The notes beneath the pieces were generated by a model, which saw nothing but the letters and a program-made list of their open reading frames with translations, was not told the origin of the DNA and searched no databases. From an uncultured Brevinematales bacterium (lineage in GTDB: Bacteria; Spirochaetota; Brevinematia; Brevinematales; CAYRWR01): a DNA stretch of 64,000 nucleotides. This document shows positions 1 to 8,970 of this stretch, one piece after another. Position 1 is the first letter of the stretch, and every line of letters starts with the position of its first letter. The translations under genes were made by a program, and so were the position numbers. The stretch lies in contig CAZIAD010000001.1 of the NCBI GenBank assembly GCA_964537555.1, positions 5,732 to 69,731 of the forward strand, read 5' to 3'.

Positions 1-72
1 CTTTACCGCTGAGGACGCAAAGGGCGCTGAGTTTGTGGGGCCAGATTCAGGCCTGAGTTGGATTTCTTCGCC

Positions 73-106
73 GACTTTCGACTTTCAACTTTTGACTTTT
101 GACTTA
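73..106. repeat. short tandem repeat (GACTTTY)x5
   Basis: gactttc gactttc aactttt gactttt gactta at the window edge, 3' of the hydrolase gene. Confidence 0.5.
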
Positions 107-186
107 TTCTGCCCGGTGCCTCGGTCTTGGCCGGAAGGTACCAGATGACGGAGAGGCCTGTGATATAGGAGGGATTCAACTATCTC

Positions 187-1584
187 TTACTTCTTTTTAC
201 TGAATAAACACCTGTCTACTTTTAAAAATACATTCTCCTCATTTTCAAAGAACAATATTGTTTCTTTATCAGAAAAATTATATGTGTAGAAGTTCATGCA
301 TTCACTATCATTGTTTTCCGGAAATATAGGGAAATCAAAAGGGTTTTCTTCCCTTAAAATTTTCACAGAAAGATAACCCGACTTATCACTGACTTCAAAT
401 TGATATATATCTTTGTAAGTGGAGTATTTTCCTGTTAATTTTTTCCAGTGTTTTTCCTTTTTATAGGCATAATTATTTTTCATGGGATCCACTCCAAGGT
501 ATGCCTGTAGTAGAGCTGTAGTGTGCCTAAAATAGGGAGAGGAAGAAGCATTGGAAAGAAGAATGACACCTGCCTCTAATTCCGGCAACAAAATAATTTG
601 AGTTGTGTAATTTGCGGTAGCTCCCCCGTGCCTGACAACTTTTTTTCCGTGAAAATCTGACAATAAAACCCAACCCAGGCCATATCCCTCACTCTTTGCC
701 TCTGGCATTGATAAAGCAAAATCATCTGAATAACTGTGTTTAGCAGTAAGATCATCCCAAGATTTCTTATTTTGTAATAAACTTTTATCCTGAGTCATCA
801 CTGCCTGAACATATTTCGCCAGATCCGGTATATTGCTTGTGATACCACCTGCCGCATAAAGATTGTTATCTATAGTTCTCTGGATAGCTAATATTGCTTT
901 AGCCTTGTTTACATAGCCTTTGGCTAATTCCGGGTTTTCCAGAAAATCCTTTTCATCTATGAAACTGGAATTCTTCATTTCCAAAGGAGTAAAAATATTT
1001 TGTGTGATATAGTCTTTATATTTCATTCCGGACAAGTCCTCAATGATAAATCCTAATAGATCATACCCTCCATTAAAATAGAAAAATTGCTCCCCGGGTG
1101 CAAACTGTACCTCATCTTGTGCGTTATTTATAAATCGCATAATGTCATCTCTACTGCTCATTGGGATGATGGGAATGTCTTTTTCGTCATCAGTAAAATA
1201 ATTGATTTTTACTGCTGTATCCAGGGCAGGAATTCCACTGGAATGACTGAGGAGGTGTTTTATAGTGATGGGTTTATCTTTATCACCAAGGGTAAAATCA
1301 AGATGTCTGGAAACAGGGTCATTGATATCCAGCAGGCCTTTCTCTGATAACTGAAGTATAGCGATAGCTGTGAATGCCTTGGTACACGATCCAATTCCGA
1401 ATACACTGTTTATAGTTATCGGTTCATTGGTACTCCTGTCTTTTGTGCCAAAACATGCTTCATATTTGATTTCACCTTTTTCTATTAGAGCCACAACTGT
1501 TCCGGGTATTCTACTCGTTGCCATATTATCCGCGATTTTATCTTCAAAAATGGGTATAAATTTCTGCAATTCTGTCTGATTCAT
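187..1584 (-). CDS. serine hydrolase of the beta-lactamase/penicillin-binding-protein (class C-like) family
   Basis: 465-aa ORF; SxxK active-site motif (GSCTKAF) near the N-terminus, fold-level resemblance to AmpC/esterase family VIII. Confidence 0.75.
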   Translation of the reverse strand: MNQTELQKFIPIFEDKIADNMATSRIPGTVVALIEKGEIKYEACFGTKDRSTNEPITINSVFGIGSCTKAFTAIAILQLSEKGLLDINDPVSRHLDFTLGDKDKPITIKHLLSHSSGIPALDTAVKINYFTDDEKDIPIIPMSSRDDIMRFINNAQDEVQFAPGEQFFYFNGGYDLLGFIIEDLSGMKYKDYITQNIFTPLEMKNSSFIDEKDFLENPELAKGYVNKAKAILAIQRTIDNNLYAAGGITSNIPDLAKYVQAVMTQDKSLLQNKKSWDDLTAKHSYSDDFALSMPEAKSEGYGLGWVLLSDFHGKKVVRHGGATANYTTQIILLPELEAGVILLSNASSSPYFRHTTALLQAYLGVDPMKNNYAYKKEKHWKKLTGKYSTYKDIYQFEVSDKSGYLSVKILREENPFDFPIFPENNDSECMNFYTYNFSDKETILFFENEENVFLKVDRCLFSKKK

Positions 1585-1770
1585 AGATATCTCCTTCTAG
1601 TGAAAGTAAATTCTTTATATTTTATTTCATAAAACTCATTTTCCATGTAATAGATGCCGCTTTATGCACCTCCATTAAAGATAACAGATAGGGTGACAGT
1701 GATTGTTCCTTATCCATTTCTTCAAATCTAATCACCGAGAGGCCTGTGTTGTATTATGGGCATTTATTAT

Positions 1771-2508
1771 TCACTTTATCATTTTTCCAAAATAGATATA
1801 AGAACTTAGGCTATAGAAGTACTCTTCCTTCTCATCTAGATCTTTCATTTCCTTAATGATCTTCAGATGGTCTTCGGACCCTATGACCCCTTTTTCCACA
1901 AGGGCATTAAGGTCCATCATTCGGTCGAATCCGTACGAGCCTTCTTCAAATCTGGTTTCAATGAGGTTGAAGATCTCGGGCTGACCCTGAAATCTGCCTG
2001 AACTTTGGAAGAATCCCCACAGCTTACGGCCCATCATTCCGTCACAGGCATCCATCCAGCCTTGTTCCCAGTCTGCAAATCTGTGCACAAAGTCCCGGAT
2101 CAAATCCTTGTTTTCTGAATTCCAGACCTGTGTGTCCCAATCCCAGTGGGCAAACAGAACCCGGCCTCCCGGTTTAAGAATACGGCACAATTCTTCCAGC
2201 AGCACTGTCTTGTCAGGGATACACTCCAGTACATCTACAGAAAGGATAACATCGAAGCTGTTGTCCGGGAAATCAAAGGCATCAACAAATTTTTGGACTT
2301 TGAAGTCTATACCGGGAAAATGCTCAGAGGCATAATCCTGTGATTCAGGCAGAGAATTCGTTCCGATCAGGATGCTGTTGGGTGAAACATGTTTCTTTAC
2401 TTCTCCCAGGAGCTGGCCATTACCGCAGCCAAAGTCGAGGATGCTATAATCCATATCCTTATCCAGGTTCAAAAGTTCGATTATTCTTTGGCTGAGATGA
2501 TGTTTCAT
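1771..2508 (-). CDS. class I SAM-dependent methyltransferase
   Basis: 245-aa ORF with glycine-rich SAM motif I (LDFGCGNGQLL) followed by acidic motif II region. Confidence 0.75.
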   Translation of the reverse strand: MKHHLSQRIIELLNLDKDMDYSILDFGCGNGQLLGEVKKHVSPNSILIGTNSLPESQDYASEHFPGIDFKVQKFVDAFDFPDNSFDVILSVDVLECIPDKTVLLEELCRILKPGGRVLFAHWDWDTQVWNSENKDLIRDFVHRFADWEQGWMDACDGMMGRKLWGFFQSSGRFQGQPEIFNLIETRFEEGSYGFDRMMDLNALVEKGVIGSEDHLKIIKEMKDLDEKEEYFYSLSSYIYFGKMIK

Positions 2509-2645
2509 CTGACACTCCCTGAAGGCCTAAAAAGTATTAGCCTCTCTTTTTTATCTATTAAGACCAGATCCAACCAGCCTGGCAAATGAAGTGAGGACAT
2601 TGCGCGGCAATAGTAGCGTCTGTGTCCTGCATTGAATTTGCTCAA

Positions 2646-3203
2646 TCACATTTTAAAATCTTTTTTAATGATTGAATACATTTTATAATTATGAAAAGTA
2701 CCATTATTATCAGGAGCATAATGTCTTAAGTTCCCTTCATACTTCATTTCTACTTTTTCTAATACTTTTTCAGAAGCAGTATTACTCTCATTAACAGTTG
2801 CCTGGACCCTTTCAAATCCTACATCGATTAAAAGAAATCTTATGATTTCTTTCAGTGCTTCTGTCATTATACTTTTATTCCAATATTTTTTTGAAATGCA
2901 ATAGCCTATCTCACATCTTTTATCTCTATCAGAACAATCTATTACTCCCACTGAGCCTATAACCTGATTATCCTCTTTATATTTTATTGCCCATTGATAC
3001 GACTCGGCATTGTCATATTCTTTGACCCAGGTATTTATTACACTCTTAGTTAGCTCAATATTTTCATGCGCCTTCCAGGTTAAGTATTTTGCTACCTCAT
3101 CATCGGAGGCCCAATTATTGAACATATTTTCAGAATCTTCTACTTTGAATTTTCTCAATATTAATCTCTTCGTCTCAATTTCTTTTGTTCCTAAATGATT
3201 CAT
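2646..3203 (-). CDS. GNAT family N-acetyltransferase (RimJ/RimL-like)
   Basis: 185-aa ORF; N-terminal 'ETKRLILRKF...YLTW' pattern typical of RimL-type GNATs. Confidence 0.7.
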   Translation of the reverse strand: MNHLGTKEIETKRLILRKFKVEDSENMFNNWASDDEVAKYLTWKAHENIELTKSVINTWVKEYDNAESYQWAIKYKEDNQVIGSVGVIDCSDRDKRCEIGYCISKKYWNKSIMTEALKEIIRFLLIDVGFERVQATVNESNTASEKVLEKVEMKYEGNLRHYAPDNNGTFHNYKMYSIIKKDFKM

Positions 3204-3245
3204 AAATTACTCTCTCATTTAATATTCCGCTACGGAACAGTCAAA

Positions 3246-3776
3246 CTATTTAACTCTAGCGTAAACTTTACAATCTCGCGGAATCAAGGAGATATTAGGA
3301 TGTATTATCCATTTTCTCAAGGTCCCTTCAAGTTCCATACCCAGTTTTTTCATGACACGTCCTGATGCAGGGTTATCTATATCGTGAACTGCCCAAATTC
3401 TCTGGATCTCAGGAATATTATATATCCAATTAAATACAGGGATTAATGCTTCAGTCATCAAACCTTTGTTCCAGTATTTTTTTGCTAATGCGTATCCAAA
3501 ATCAGCTTTAAATCCGTCTACTCTAAAATCAAGCATGCCAATGATCTCTTCTGCTTCTTTTAAATGAATCACAAAAGGAAATGCTTTACCAGTATCCCAG
3601 CTAGCAATTGCCATTTTAAGAAACTCTTGAATGGTTGATATTTTTTCATGTGGAGTCCAGGTGAGATATTTTACAACATCTGAGTCCTGGGCATAGTTCT
3701 TAAATATATCTTTCGCATCATTAAGGTCCGGTTTTCTTAAAATCAGTCGCTCAGTTTCAAATATCATATTTCTCAC
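3246..3776 (-). CDS. GNAT family N-acetyltransferase (paralog of upstream gene)
   Basis: 176-aa ORF; 'ETERLILRKP...YLTWTPH' plus conserved 'KKYWNKG(L/I)MTEAL' motif shared with 2646..3203. Confidence 0.7.
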   Translation of the reverse strand: MRNMIFETERLILRKPDLNDAKDIFKNYAQDSDVVKYLTWTPHEKISTIQEFLKMAIASWDTGKAFPFVIHLKEAEEIIGMLDFRVDGFKADFGYALAKKYWNKGLMTEALIPVFNWIYNIPEIQRIWAVHDIDNPASGRVMKKLGMELEGTLRKWIIHPNISLIPRDCKVYARVK

Positions 3777-3898
3777 CTGTATCAGGAATAATTTATCTTA
3801 TTCTAACTATCCTCTCCAAAATAATCCAGCATCCCGGCGTTACAGCGCCTTAAGGCCGACTCCTGTCCTGAGTTTATCAGATGTAAACAAATAAAAAC

Positions 3899-3927
3899 TT
3901 GACACACTAACGAACGTTAGCTATTAT
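3899..3927 (+). promoter_or_regulatory. sigma70-like promoter (TTGACA-17-TATTAT) with embedded palindromic operator CTAACGAACGTTAG (3907..3920) upstream of the TetR gene
   Basis: -35 TTGACA 3899-3904, -10 TATTAT 3922-3927, inverted repeat ctaacg-aa-cgttag between them; SD aaagggg before ATG 3956. Confidence 0.55.
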
Positions 3928-3955
3928 TTATATAGATAAAGGCAAAGGGGAAAGT

Positions 3956-4573
3956 ATGTCACCTAAACAGGCAGATACCAAAGAGCGAATATTTGAGACC
4001 GCTGTGGAGCTGTTTGCCACCCGGGGCTACCATGCCACCAGCATCCGGGACCTGGCGAAGGCAGTGGGAATAAAAGAGAGCTCCATCTACAACCATTTTT
4101 CGGGTAAGAGCGCCATCCTGGATGCTATACTGGAGTACCAGATGGAGGGATTCCGCTCACTGGGGGAGAACATCCGGGTACCCGCACTGGAGGATCCATC
4201 CATCCATGACGCGCTGACTCTGTGGATGAGCGCGTCCCAGGCCTATGTCCAGTACCAGCCCCCCTTGTCGGAGAAGATCTCCCGCATCCTGCTCAATGAG
4301 ATGTTTCTGCATGAAAAGTGCCGGGAGTTTGTGCTGGAGATCATGTTTAATATTCAGAAGGACATTACGGAAAAACTCCTGGTGGAACTGCAGCGCAGGG
4401 GATTGATCCGGGATATTGATATCCATGAGACCGCCCTGGAGTATGTCTATATGATACACGGGATGGATGTGGAAAACCGTCTCTTACTACTGGAGGGCCA
4501 TGACCCCCTGGCGCTGAGGCAGAAGCTGTTTGATCATGTGCGTCACTTTATTCAGGGTATCAGTAAGGACTGA
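3956..4573 (+). CDS. TetR/AcrR family transcriptional regulator
   Basis: 205 aa; N-terminal HTH signature 'RGYHATSIRDLAKAVGIKESSIYNHF'. Confidence 0.85.
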   Translation: MSPKQADTKERIFETAVELFATRGYHATSIRDLAKAVGIKESSIYNHFSGKSAILDAILEYQMEGFRSLGENIRVPALEDPSIHDALTLWMSASQAYVQYQPPLSEKISRILLNEMFLHEKCREFVLEIMFNIQKDITEKLLVELQRRGLIRDIDIHETALEYVYMIHGMDVENRLLLLEGHDPLALRQKLFDHVRHFIQGISKD

Positions 4574-4606
4574 TACAGCGTGGTGTTAATATCACTGGAG
4601 GTGAAT

Positions 4607-5107
4607 ATGAGAGGCATTATTATTTATCAATCAAATTACGGGGCTACCCGCCAGTACGCGGAGTGGCTGAGTGCAGATACGAGATATCCCCTCAGGGAAT
4701 CCAAATCGGTCAGCAGGAAAGAACTTCTGAACTATGATCAGGTATTGATCGGATGCCCGGTGTTTGCCAACCAGCCCCTGCTTAAAAGCTGGATCAAAAA
4801 GCAGTGGAGTATTCTGGCGAAAAAGCAGGTGATCCTGTTTACCACCTCGGGCACTCCCGGTGATGATCCTGCACTGTTACAAGGATTTGATCAGTGTTTT
4901 ATCCCTGAGATCCATGATCATATACGGTACTTTCCCCTGGGCGGCAGGATCATTCTGGATCAATTGAAGCCCCTGCACCGTTTTCTGATGAGACTAGGCA
5001 TGAAAATGGAGAAAGATCCCCGTGTCAGAGCGGAAATGGCTAAAGATAAAGATAATGTGGACAGGGAAAGCCTGAAAGCTTTGCTGAGCTTTATCCAGGC
5101 GGCCTGA
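4607..5107 (+). CDS. flavodoxin-like domain protein
   Basis: ORF 4580..5107; SD ggagg 6 nt before the internal ATG at 4607 (MRGIIIYQSNYGATRQYAEW...), flavodoxin-like N-terminus. Confidence 0.6.
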   Translation: MRGIIIYQSNYGATRQYAEWLSADTRYPLRESKSVSRKELLNYDQVLIGCPVFANQPLLKSWIKKQWSILAKKQVILFTTSGTPGDDPALLQGFDQCFIPEIHDHIRYFPLGGRIILDQLKPLHRFLMRLGMKMEKDPRVRAEMAKDKDNVDRESLKALLSFIQAA

Positions 5108-5117
5108 GGAGGGAAAT

Positions 5118-5510
5118 GTGGGTAGATTACTAGTAATATTATCTCTGGGAATCCTGTTCACGGGTTTATCTGCCGGATGTATGGGCCTGATCCGGGAACA
5201 TAAACAAGCCCGGGACATCTCCATTAAGGATATCGACTTCAGCCGACTAGAATCCGGCATCTGGAATGGACATTATGATGGGGGGATGTACGGCTGGCGG
5301 GAAAACAGTGTCATGGTCACGGTAGGGGATGGAAGAGTGACCCAGATAGTCCTCCAGCATTCAGCTGAGTCTAATGACTATACCCTAATATACCGTCAAA
5401 TCATTGCGGCTCAATCCCTGCTGGTAGATGGCATCTCAGGGGCCACCCTGACTTCCCGGGCTTATATAAAAGGTGTAGAAAACGCCCTTCTGCAGGCGAA
5501 AAAGGAGTGA
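5118..5510 (+). CDS. FMN-binding domain lipoprotein (GTG start)
   Basis: 130 aa; lipobox LSAGC; C-terminal 'DGISGATLTSRAYIKGVENAL' FMN_bind-type motif with the Thr that is flavinylated in homologs. Confidence 0.6.
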   Translation: MGRLLVILSLGILFTGLSAGCMGLIREHKQARDISIKDIDFSRLESGIWNGHYDGGMYGWRENSVMVTVGDGRVTQIVLQHSAESNDYTLIYRQIIAAQSLLVDGISGATLTSRAYIKGVENALLQAKKE

Positions 5511-5513
5511 TTC

Positions 5514-6269
5514 ATGTTCAAGATAATAGCTATTTCGGGAAGCGCCCGCAAGAAACATACTTATCAGGCAGTAGAGCAATTCCTGACTTTTGTCAGTGAA
5601 CAGGAAGATGTGGAATACGAGATCATACGGCTCAGCGACCTGGATATCCGCACCTGTACAGGCTGCATCCAGTGCCTGGACAAGGGGGAAGAATACTGTC
5701 CTCTGAAAGATGAGCGGGATATTGTCATACAGAAGATGATGGAGGCGGACGGGGTGATCCTGGCCACTCCCAATTACAGTTTTCACGTATCGGGAATGAT
5801 GAAGGTCTTCCTGGACCGGCTGGGATTTGTGTTTCACCGGCCCCGTTTTTTCGGCAAGGCCTTTACCGCCATTGTGACCCAGGGTGTTTATGGGGGTGGC
5901 AGCATTATAAAATACTTCCAGTTTATCAGCAAAGCCCTCGGTTTTAACCCGGTCAAAGGGGCCATTGTCACTACCCGTGTACCTATTGCGGAGAAGACCC
6001 GGATCAGGAATGAACGCAATCTCCGCAAGCTGGCAGTGAGATTCGCCCGCACTCTGCGTAAGAAAGCCTTGCCTCTGCCTTCTGTATTCGAGCTTATGCT
6101 GTTCCGGATGTCCCGCAGCACCATTAAAAACGAACTTAACCCCGAGTTTAGAGACTACAGCTACTTTCAAGAACAGGGCTGGTTTGAATCGCAATACTAT
6201 TATCCCGTACGCCTGGGGCCGCTAAAGCGCCTGCTGGGCCGGATGTTTGACGGCTTGTCAGTAAAGTAG
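5514..6269 (+). CDS. NADPH-dependent FMN reductase-like iron-sulfur flavoprotein
   Basis: 251 aa; 'IIAISGSARKKHTY' flavodoxin-fold N-terminus, CxxCxxC...C cluster (CTGCIQCLDKGEEYC). Confidence 0.65.
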   Translation: MFKIIAISGSARKKHTYQAVEQFLTFVSEQEDVEYEIIRLSDLDIRTCTGCIQCLDKGEEYCPLKDERDIVIQKMMEADGVILATPNYSFHVSGMMKVFLDRLGFVFHRPRFFGKAFTAIVTQGVYGGGSIIKYFQFISKALGFNPVKGAIVTTRVPIAEKTRIRNERNLRKLAVRFARTLRKKALPLPSVFELMLFRMSRSTIKNELNPEFRDYSYFQEQGWFESQYYYPVRLGPLKRLLGRMFDGLSVK

Positions 6270-6395
6270 ATTACCTTATCAATATATGAGTATTTTCACC
6301 CATACTCCAAATTACTCGCGTGTATTCTTGATTTCTTACAGACCCTGATATGATATCTTTTCTGCATGCTCTTTCAACAGCTTAATACACCATAC

Positions 6396-6424
6396 TTGCC
6401 TTCCCCGGCAAAATTGTCTATAAT
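6396..6424 (+). promoter_or_regulatory. candidate sigma70 promoter for mrp (TTGCCT-17-TATAAT)
   Basis: -35 at 6396-6401, -10 TATAAT at 6419-6424, about 35 nt before the ATG at 6461. Confidence 0.4.
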
Positions 6425-6460
6425 ATTCCTACTATAATAGAGGATTAACAAGGAGTCTCC

Positions 6461-7765
6461 ATGATAGATAAAGATATGGTCCTGACTGCCCTGAGCGCCA
6501 TACAGGACCCCGACCTCCATAAGGACATCGTGAGCCTGGGATTTGTAAAAGACATCAACATAGCAGAGGACAGCGTGTCTCTGTCCATAGAACTCACTAC
6601 CCCGGCCTGCCCCATCAAGGACCAGTTTAAAAACACTGCTGAGCAGCTCCTCCTGGCCCTGCCCGGCATTAAAAAGGCCGTTATCAAAATGACCAGCCGG
6701 CCCGCGCCCGTGCGCCAGGCTGTAGAGAGCAGCCTCAAGGATGTAAAAAACATCATTGCCGTAGCCAGCTGTAAGGGCGGGGTGGGTAAGTCCACCGTAG
6801 CCGCTAACCTGGCCATGGAGCTGTCCCGCCGGGGCCACCAGGTAGGCCTCCTCGATACCGACCTGTTCGGGCCCTCGGTGCCCACCCTGTTTCACATACA
6901 CGACCCCAAGATAGAACAGCTGGATAAGGGCTGGGTCTCTCCGGTAGAGTACAACGGGCTCAAGATGATGAGCTTCGGCTTTTTGTTTCCGGATCAGCCA
7001 ATGGTGATGCGGGGACCTATGGTGTCGGGCTACATCCAGCAGATCCTGCATGCCGTGGACTGGGGCGAGCTGGACTACCTGGTACTGGACATGCCTCCCG
7101 GAACCGGCGACATACAGCTCACTATCACCCAGTCGGTACGTATCACGGGAGCCCTCATCGTGACTACCCCCCAGTCCCTGGCCATCGCCGATGTGATCAA
7201 GGGCATACAGATGTTCGAAAAGGTCAATGTACCAATGCTGGGCATAGTGGAAAACATGTCCTACTTTGTGTGCGATAACTGCGATAAGAAACACTATATC
7301 TTCGGTACTGCGGACCAGATCCCCCTGGAAAAACGTTTCGGACTGACTACCCTGGCCCACCTCCCTCTGGAGAGGGTACTGACCGAGGGCCTGGCGATCT
7401 ACGAATCACGTCCCGATGTGGCAGCTATGACCGACGCAGTGGCTATGGCCCTGGGCCGCCGCACAGCCGGACAGGACGCCATCCCTACGGTGGAAAAGGC
7501 GGGCCGGGACCTCATCGTGCACTGGACAGATGGGAGCAGCTCCGATATCGCCTCACGCGACCTCCGGGCCGCCTGCCAGTGTGCCAGCTGTGTAGACGAG
7601 TACAGCGGTAAGCAGATCCTGGAGGTAGACAGTATCCCCTCCGACATAGAAGCCCTGGAGATAGTACCCATAGGCAGCTACGCCGTATCCATCAAGTGGT
7701 CCGACGGCCACAACAGCGGCATCTACAGCTGGAAGATGTTTAAAGAAGTGCTGGGCATTTCCTGA
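6461..7765 (+). CDS. apbC: Mrp/NBP35 family Fe-S cluster carrier ATPase (ApbC) with N-terminal DUF59/MIP18-like and C-terminal DUF971-like domains
   Basis: 434 aa; P-loop 'CKGGVGKST', deviant Walker A, CxxC 'VCDNCDKKHY'; N-terminal 'DPDLHKDIVSLGFVKDI' segment. Confidence 0.85.
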   Translation: MIDKDMVLTALSAIQDPDLHKDIVSLGFVKDINIAEDSVSLSIELTTPACPIKDQFKNTAEQLLLALPGIKKAVIKMTSRPAPVRQAVESSLKDVKNIIAVASCKGGVGKSTVAANLAMELSRRGHQVGLLDTDLFGPSVPTLFHIHDPKIEQLDKGWVSPVEYNGLKMMSFGFLFPDQPMVMRGPMVSGYIQQILHAVDWGELDYLVLDMPPGTGDIQLTITQSVRITGALIVTTPQSLAIADVIKGIQMFEKVNVPMLGIVENMSYFVCDNCDKKHYIFGTADQIPLEKRFGLTTLAHLPLERVLTEGLAIYESRPDVAAMTDAVAMALGRRTAGQDAIPTVEKAGRDLIVHWTDGSSSDIASRDLRAACQCASCVDEYSGKQILEVDSIPSDIEALEIVPIGSYAVSIKWSDGHNSGIYSWKMFKEVLGIS

Positions 7766-7777
7766 GTAAGAGGATAA

Positions 7778-7925
7778 TCTCTCACAAAGACACAAAGGGC
7801 ACAAAGTTTTTTGGTTTAGGTTTGATTTAATTTTCAGAGCATATCAGGAAATATACTCCTAAATTCTTTCTGTCTTACTTTGTGGTCTTCGTGTCTTTGT
7901 GAGAGGCTCTTTCCCCGCTGCTGGG
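7778..7925. repeat. composite palindromic repeat element, copy 1 (inverted-repeat arms ctctcacaaagacacRaag / cttcgtgtctttgtgagag plus GC-rich tail ggctctttccccgctgctggg)
   Basis: arm 1 7778-7810, arm 2 7874-7909, about 60-nt AT-rich spacer; tail 7905-7925 lies inside the 3' end of CDS 7875..8723. Confidence 0.7.
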
Positions 7926-8723
7926 TAAGCCCGGATAATACTTTTGGGCACAATCAGGGCACATACTGTGGGTAAAGTCTGCTTCTGAATGCCGGGAGAT
8001 ATAGGTCTCTACACTGCTCCAGGTACCCTGTTCATCTCTGATCTTTTTACAGGAGGAACAGATGGGCAGGAGGCCGCTGAGCTGCCTGACCCGGTCCAGG
8101 CTGGCTTTGAGTTCCCGGTTGACCCTAAAGGTCTGCCGGGAGCTGCGTTCTACCAGATAGGCGGCATAGGTAAATATCAGTATCATTCCAATCAGGAAGA
8201 AATCATAGACCATGAGAAGACCGGGAGCCAGGGGCACCACAAAAATAAAGACCACATTAAACACCAGCAGGTCTGTCAGCATAGCCAGGATACTGAATCT
8301 CAAGCCCATACCAGCTGTGGAAAATATGGCGGCAAATCCCATGACCAGGCCCAGGGAATAGAGGCTGAACTGCTGGGTAGAATCCCGGGACACCAGGAAA
8401 ATACTGAACAGGCCTACCAGAAGAATATACATTCCTGAACTCAGTATAAGATAGCGCCTCATACCCGGTATAAATGTCAGAACGAAGATCAGTAAGCCTA
8501 CCAGAATAAGAGATAAGCGTACCACGCTCACCTGAACTGCCGCCTCCCCGAACACCAGCTGGTCCAGGAGGGCAAAAGTGCCGCCCAGTAGCGGGATAAT
8601 GAGCCAGGCTATACGGCAGAAGACCAAGGTGTTATTTGCGGTCTGCTCCCTGTAGGCTGACTCAGTATTTTTATCTTCAAAGGGTAATGCAAGAAGCTTC
8701 ATACGGTTTTTCTTTTGTTTCAT
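7875..8723 (-). CDS. polytopic membrane protein with C-terminal cytoplasmic C4 zinc-ribbon (CSSCKK...CPDC)
   Basis: 282 aa; about 6 predicted TM helices, then 'LPICSSCKKIRDEQGTWSSVETYISRHSEADFTHSMCPDCAQKYY'; last about 16 codons are encoded by the repeat element. Confidence 0.65.
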   Translation of the reverse strand: MKQKKNRMKLLALPFEDKNTESAYREQTANNTLVFCRIAWLIIPLLGGTFALLDQLVFGEAAVQVSVVRLSLILVGLLIFVLTFIPGMRRYLILSSGMYILLVGLFSIFLVSRDSTQQFSLYSLGLVMGFAAIFSTAGMGLRFSILAMLTDLLVFNVVFIFVVPLAPGLLMVYDFFLIGMILIFTYAAYLVERSSRQTFRVNRELKASLDRVRQLSGLLPICSSCKKIRDEQGTWSSVETYISRHSEADFTHSMCPDCAQKYYPGLPSSGERASHKDTKTTK

Positions 8724-8825
8724 AATGTGTCCTGATATACATTATTCTCACAATAATATAACATAAGATAACCTAATAACTAATATATTGCAAGAGGATT
8801 TTTCATTCAGGGCTGCAATGGACGA

Positions 8826-8970
8826 TCTCTCACAAAGACACCAAGGGCACAAAGTTTTTTTTGAGATTTTTTTGTGTAATCCTTCTACTCTACTTAGTGA
8901 TCTTCGTGTCTTTGTGAGAGGCCTTTATCCCGCCACGGGATGGGTCAGACGGAGGGGGCTGAAGAGGAAC
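8826..8970. repeat. composite palindromic repeat element, copy 2 (same orientation as copy 1) with extended GC-rich tail
   Basis: arm 1 8826-8856 (tctcacaaagacaccaagggcacaaagtttt), arm 2 8899-8922 (cttcgtgtctttgtgagaggcc), tail 8921-8970. Confidence 0.7.

Noticed and set aside
6374-7360. 328-aa antisense ORF (and nested 146-aa ORF) opposite mrp/apbC
   Set aside because: Lies entirely within the well-supported Mrp ATPase CDS on the other strand. It is Gly/His/Val-rich and low-complexity, typical of a shadow ORF in GC-rich coding sequence. No SD or motif.
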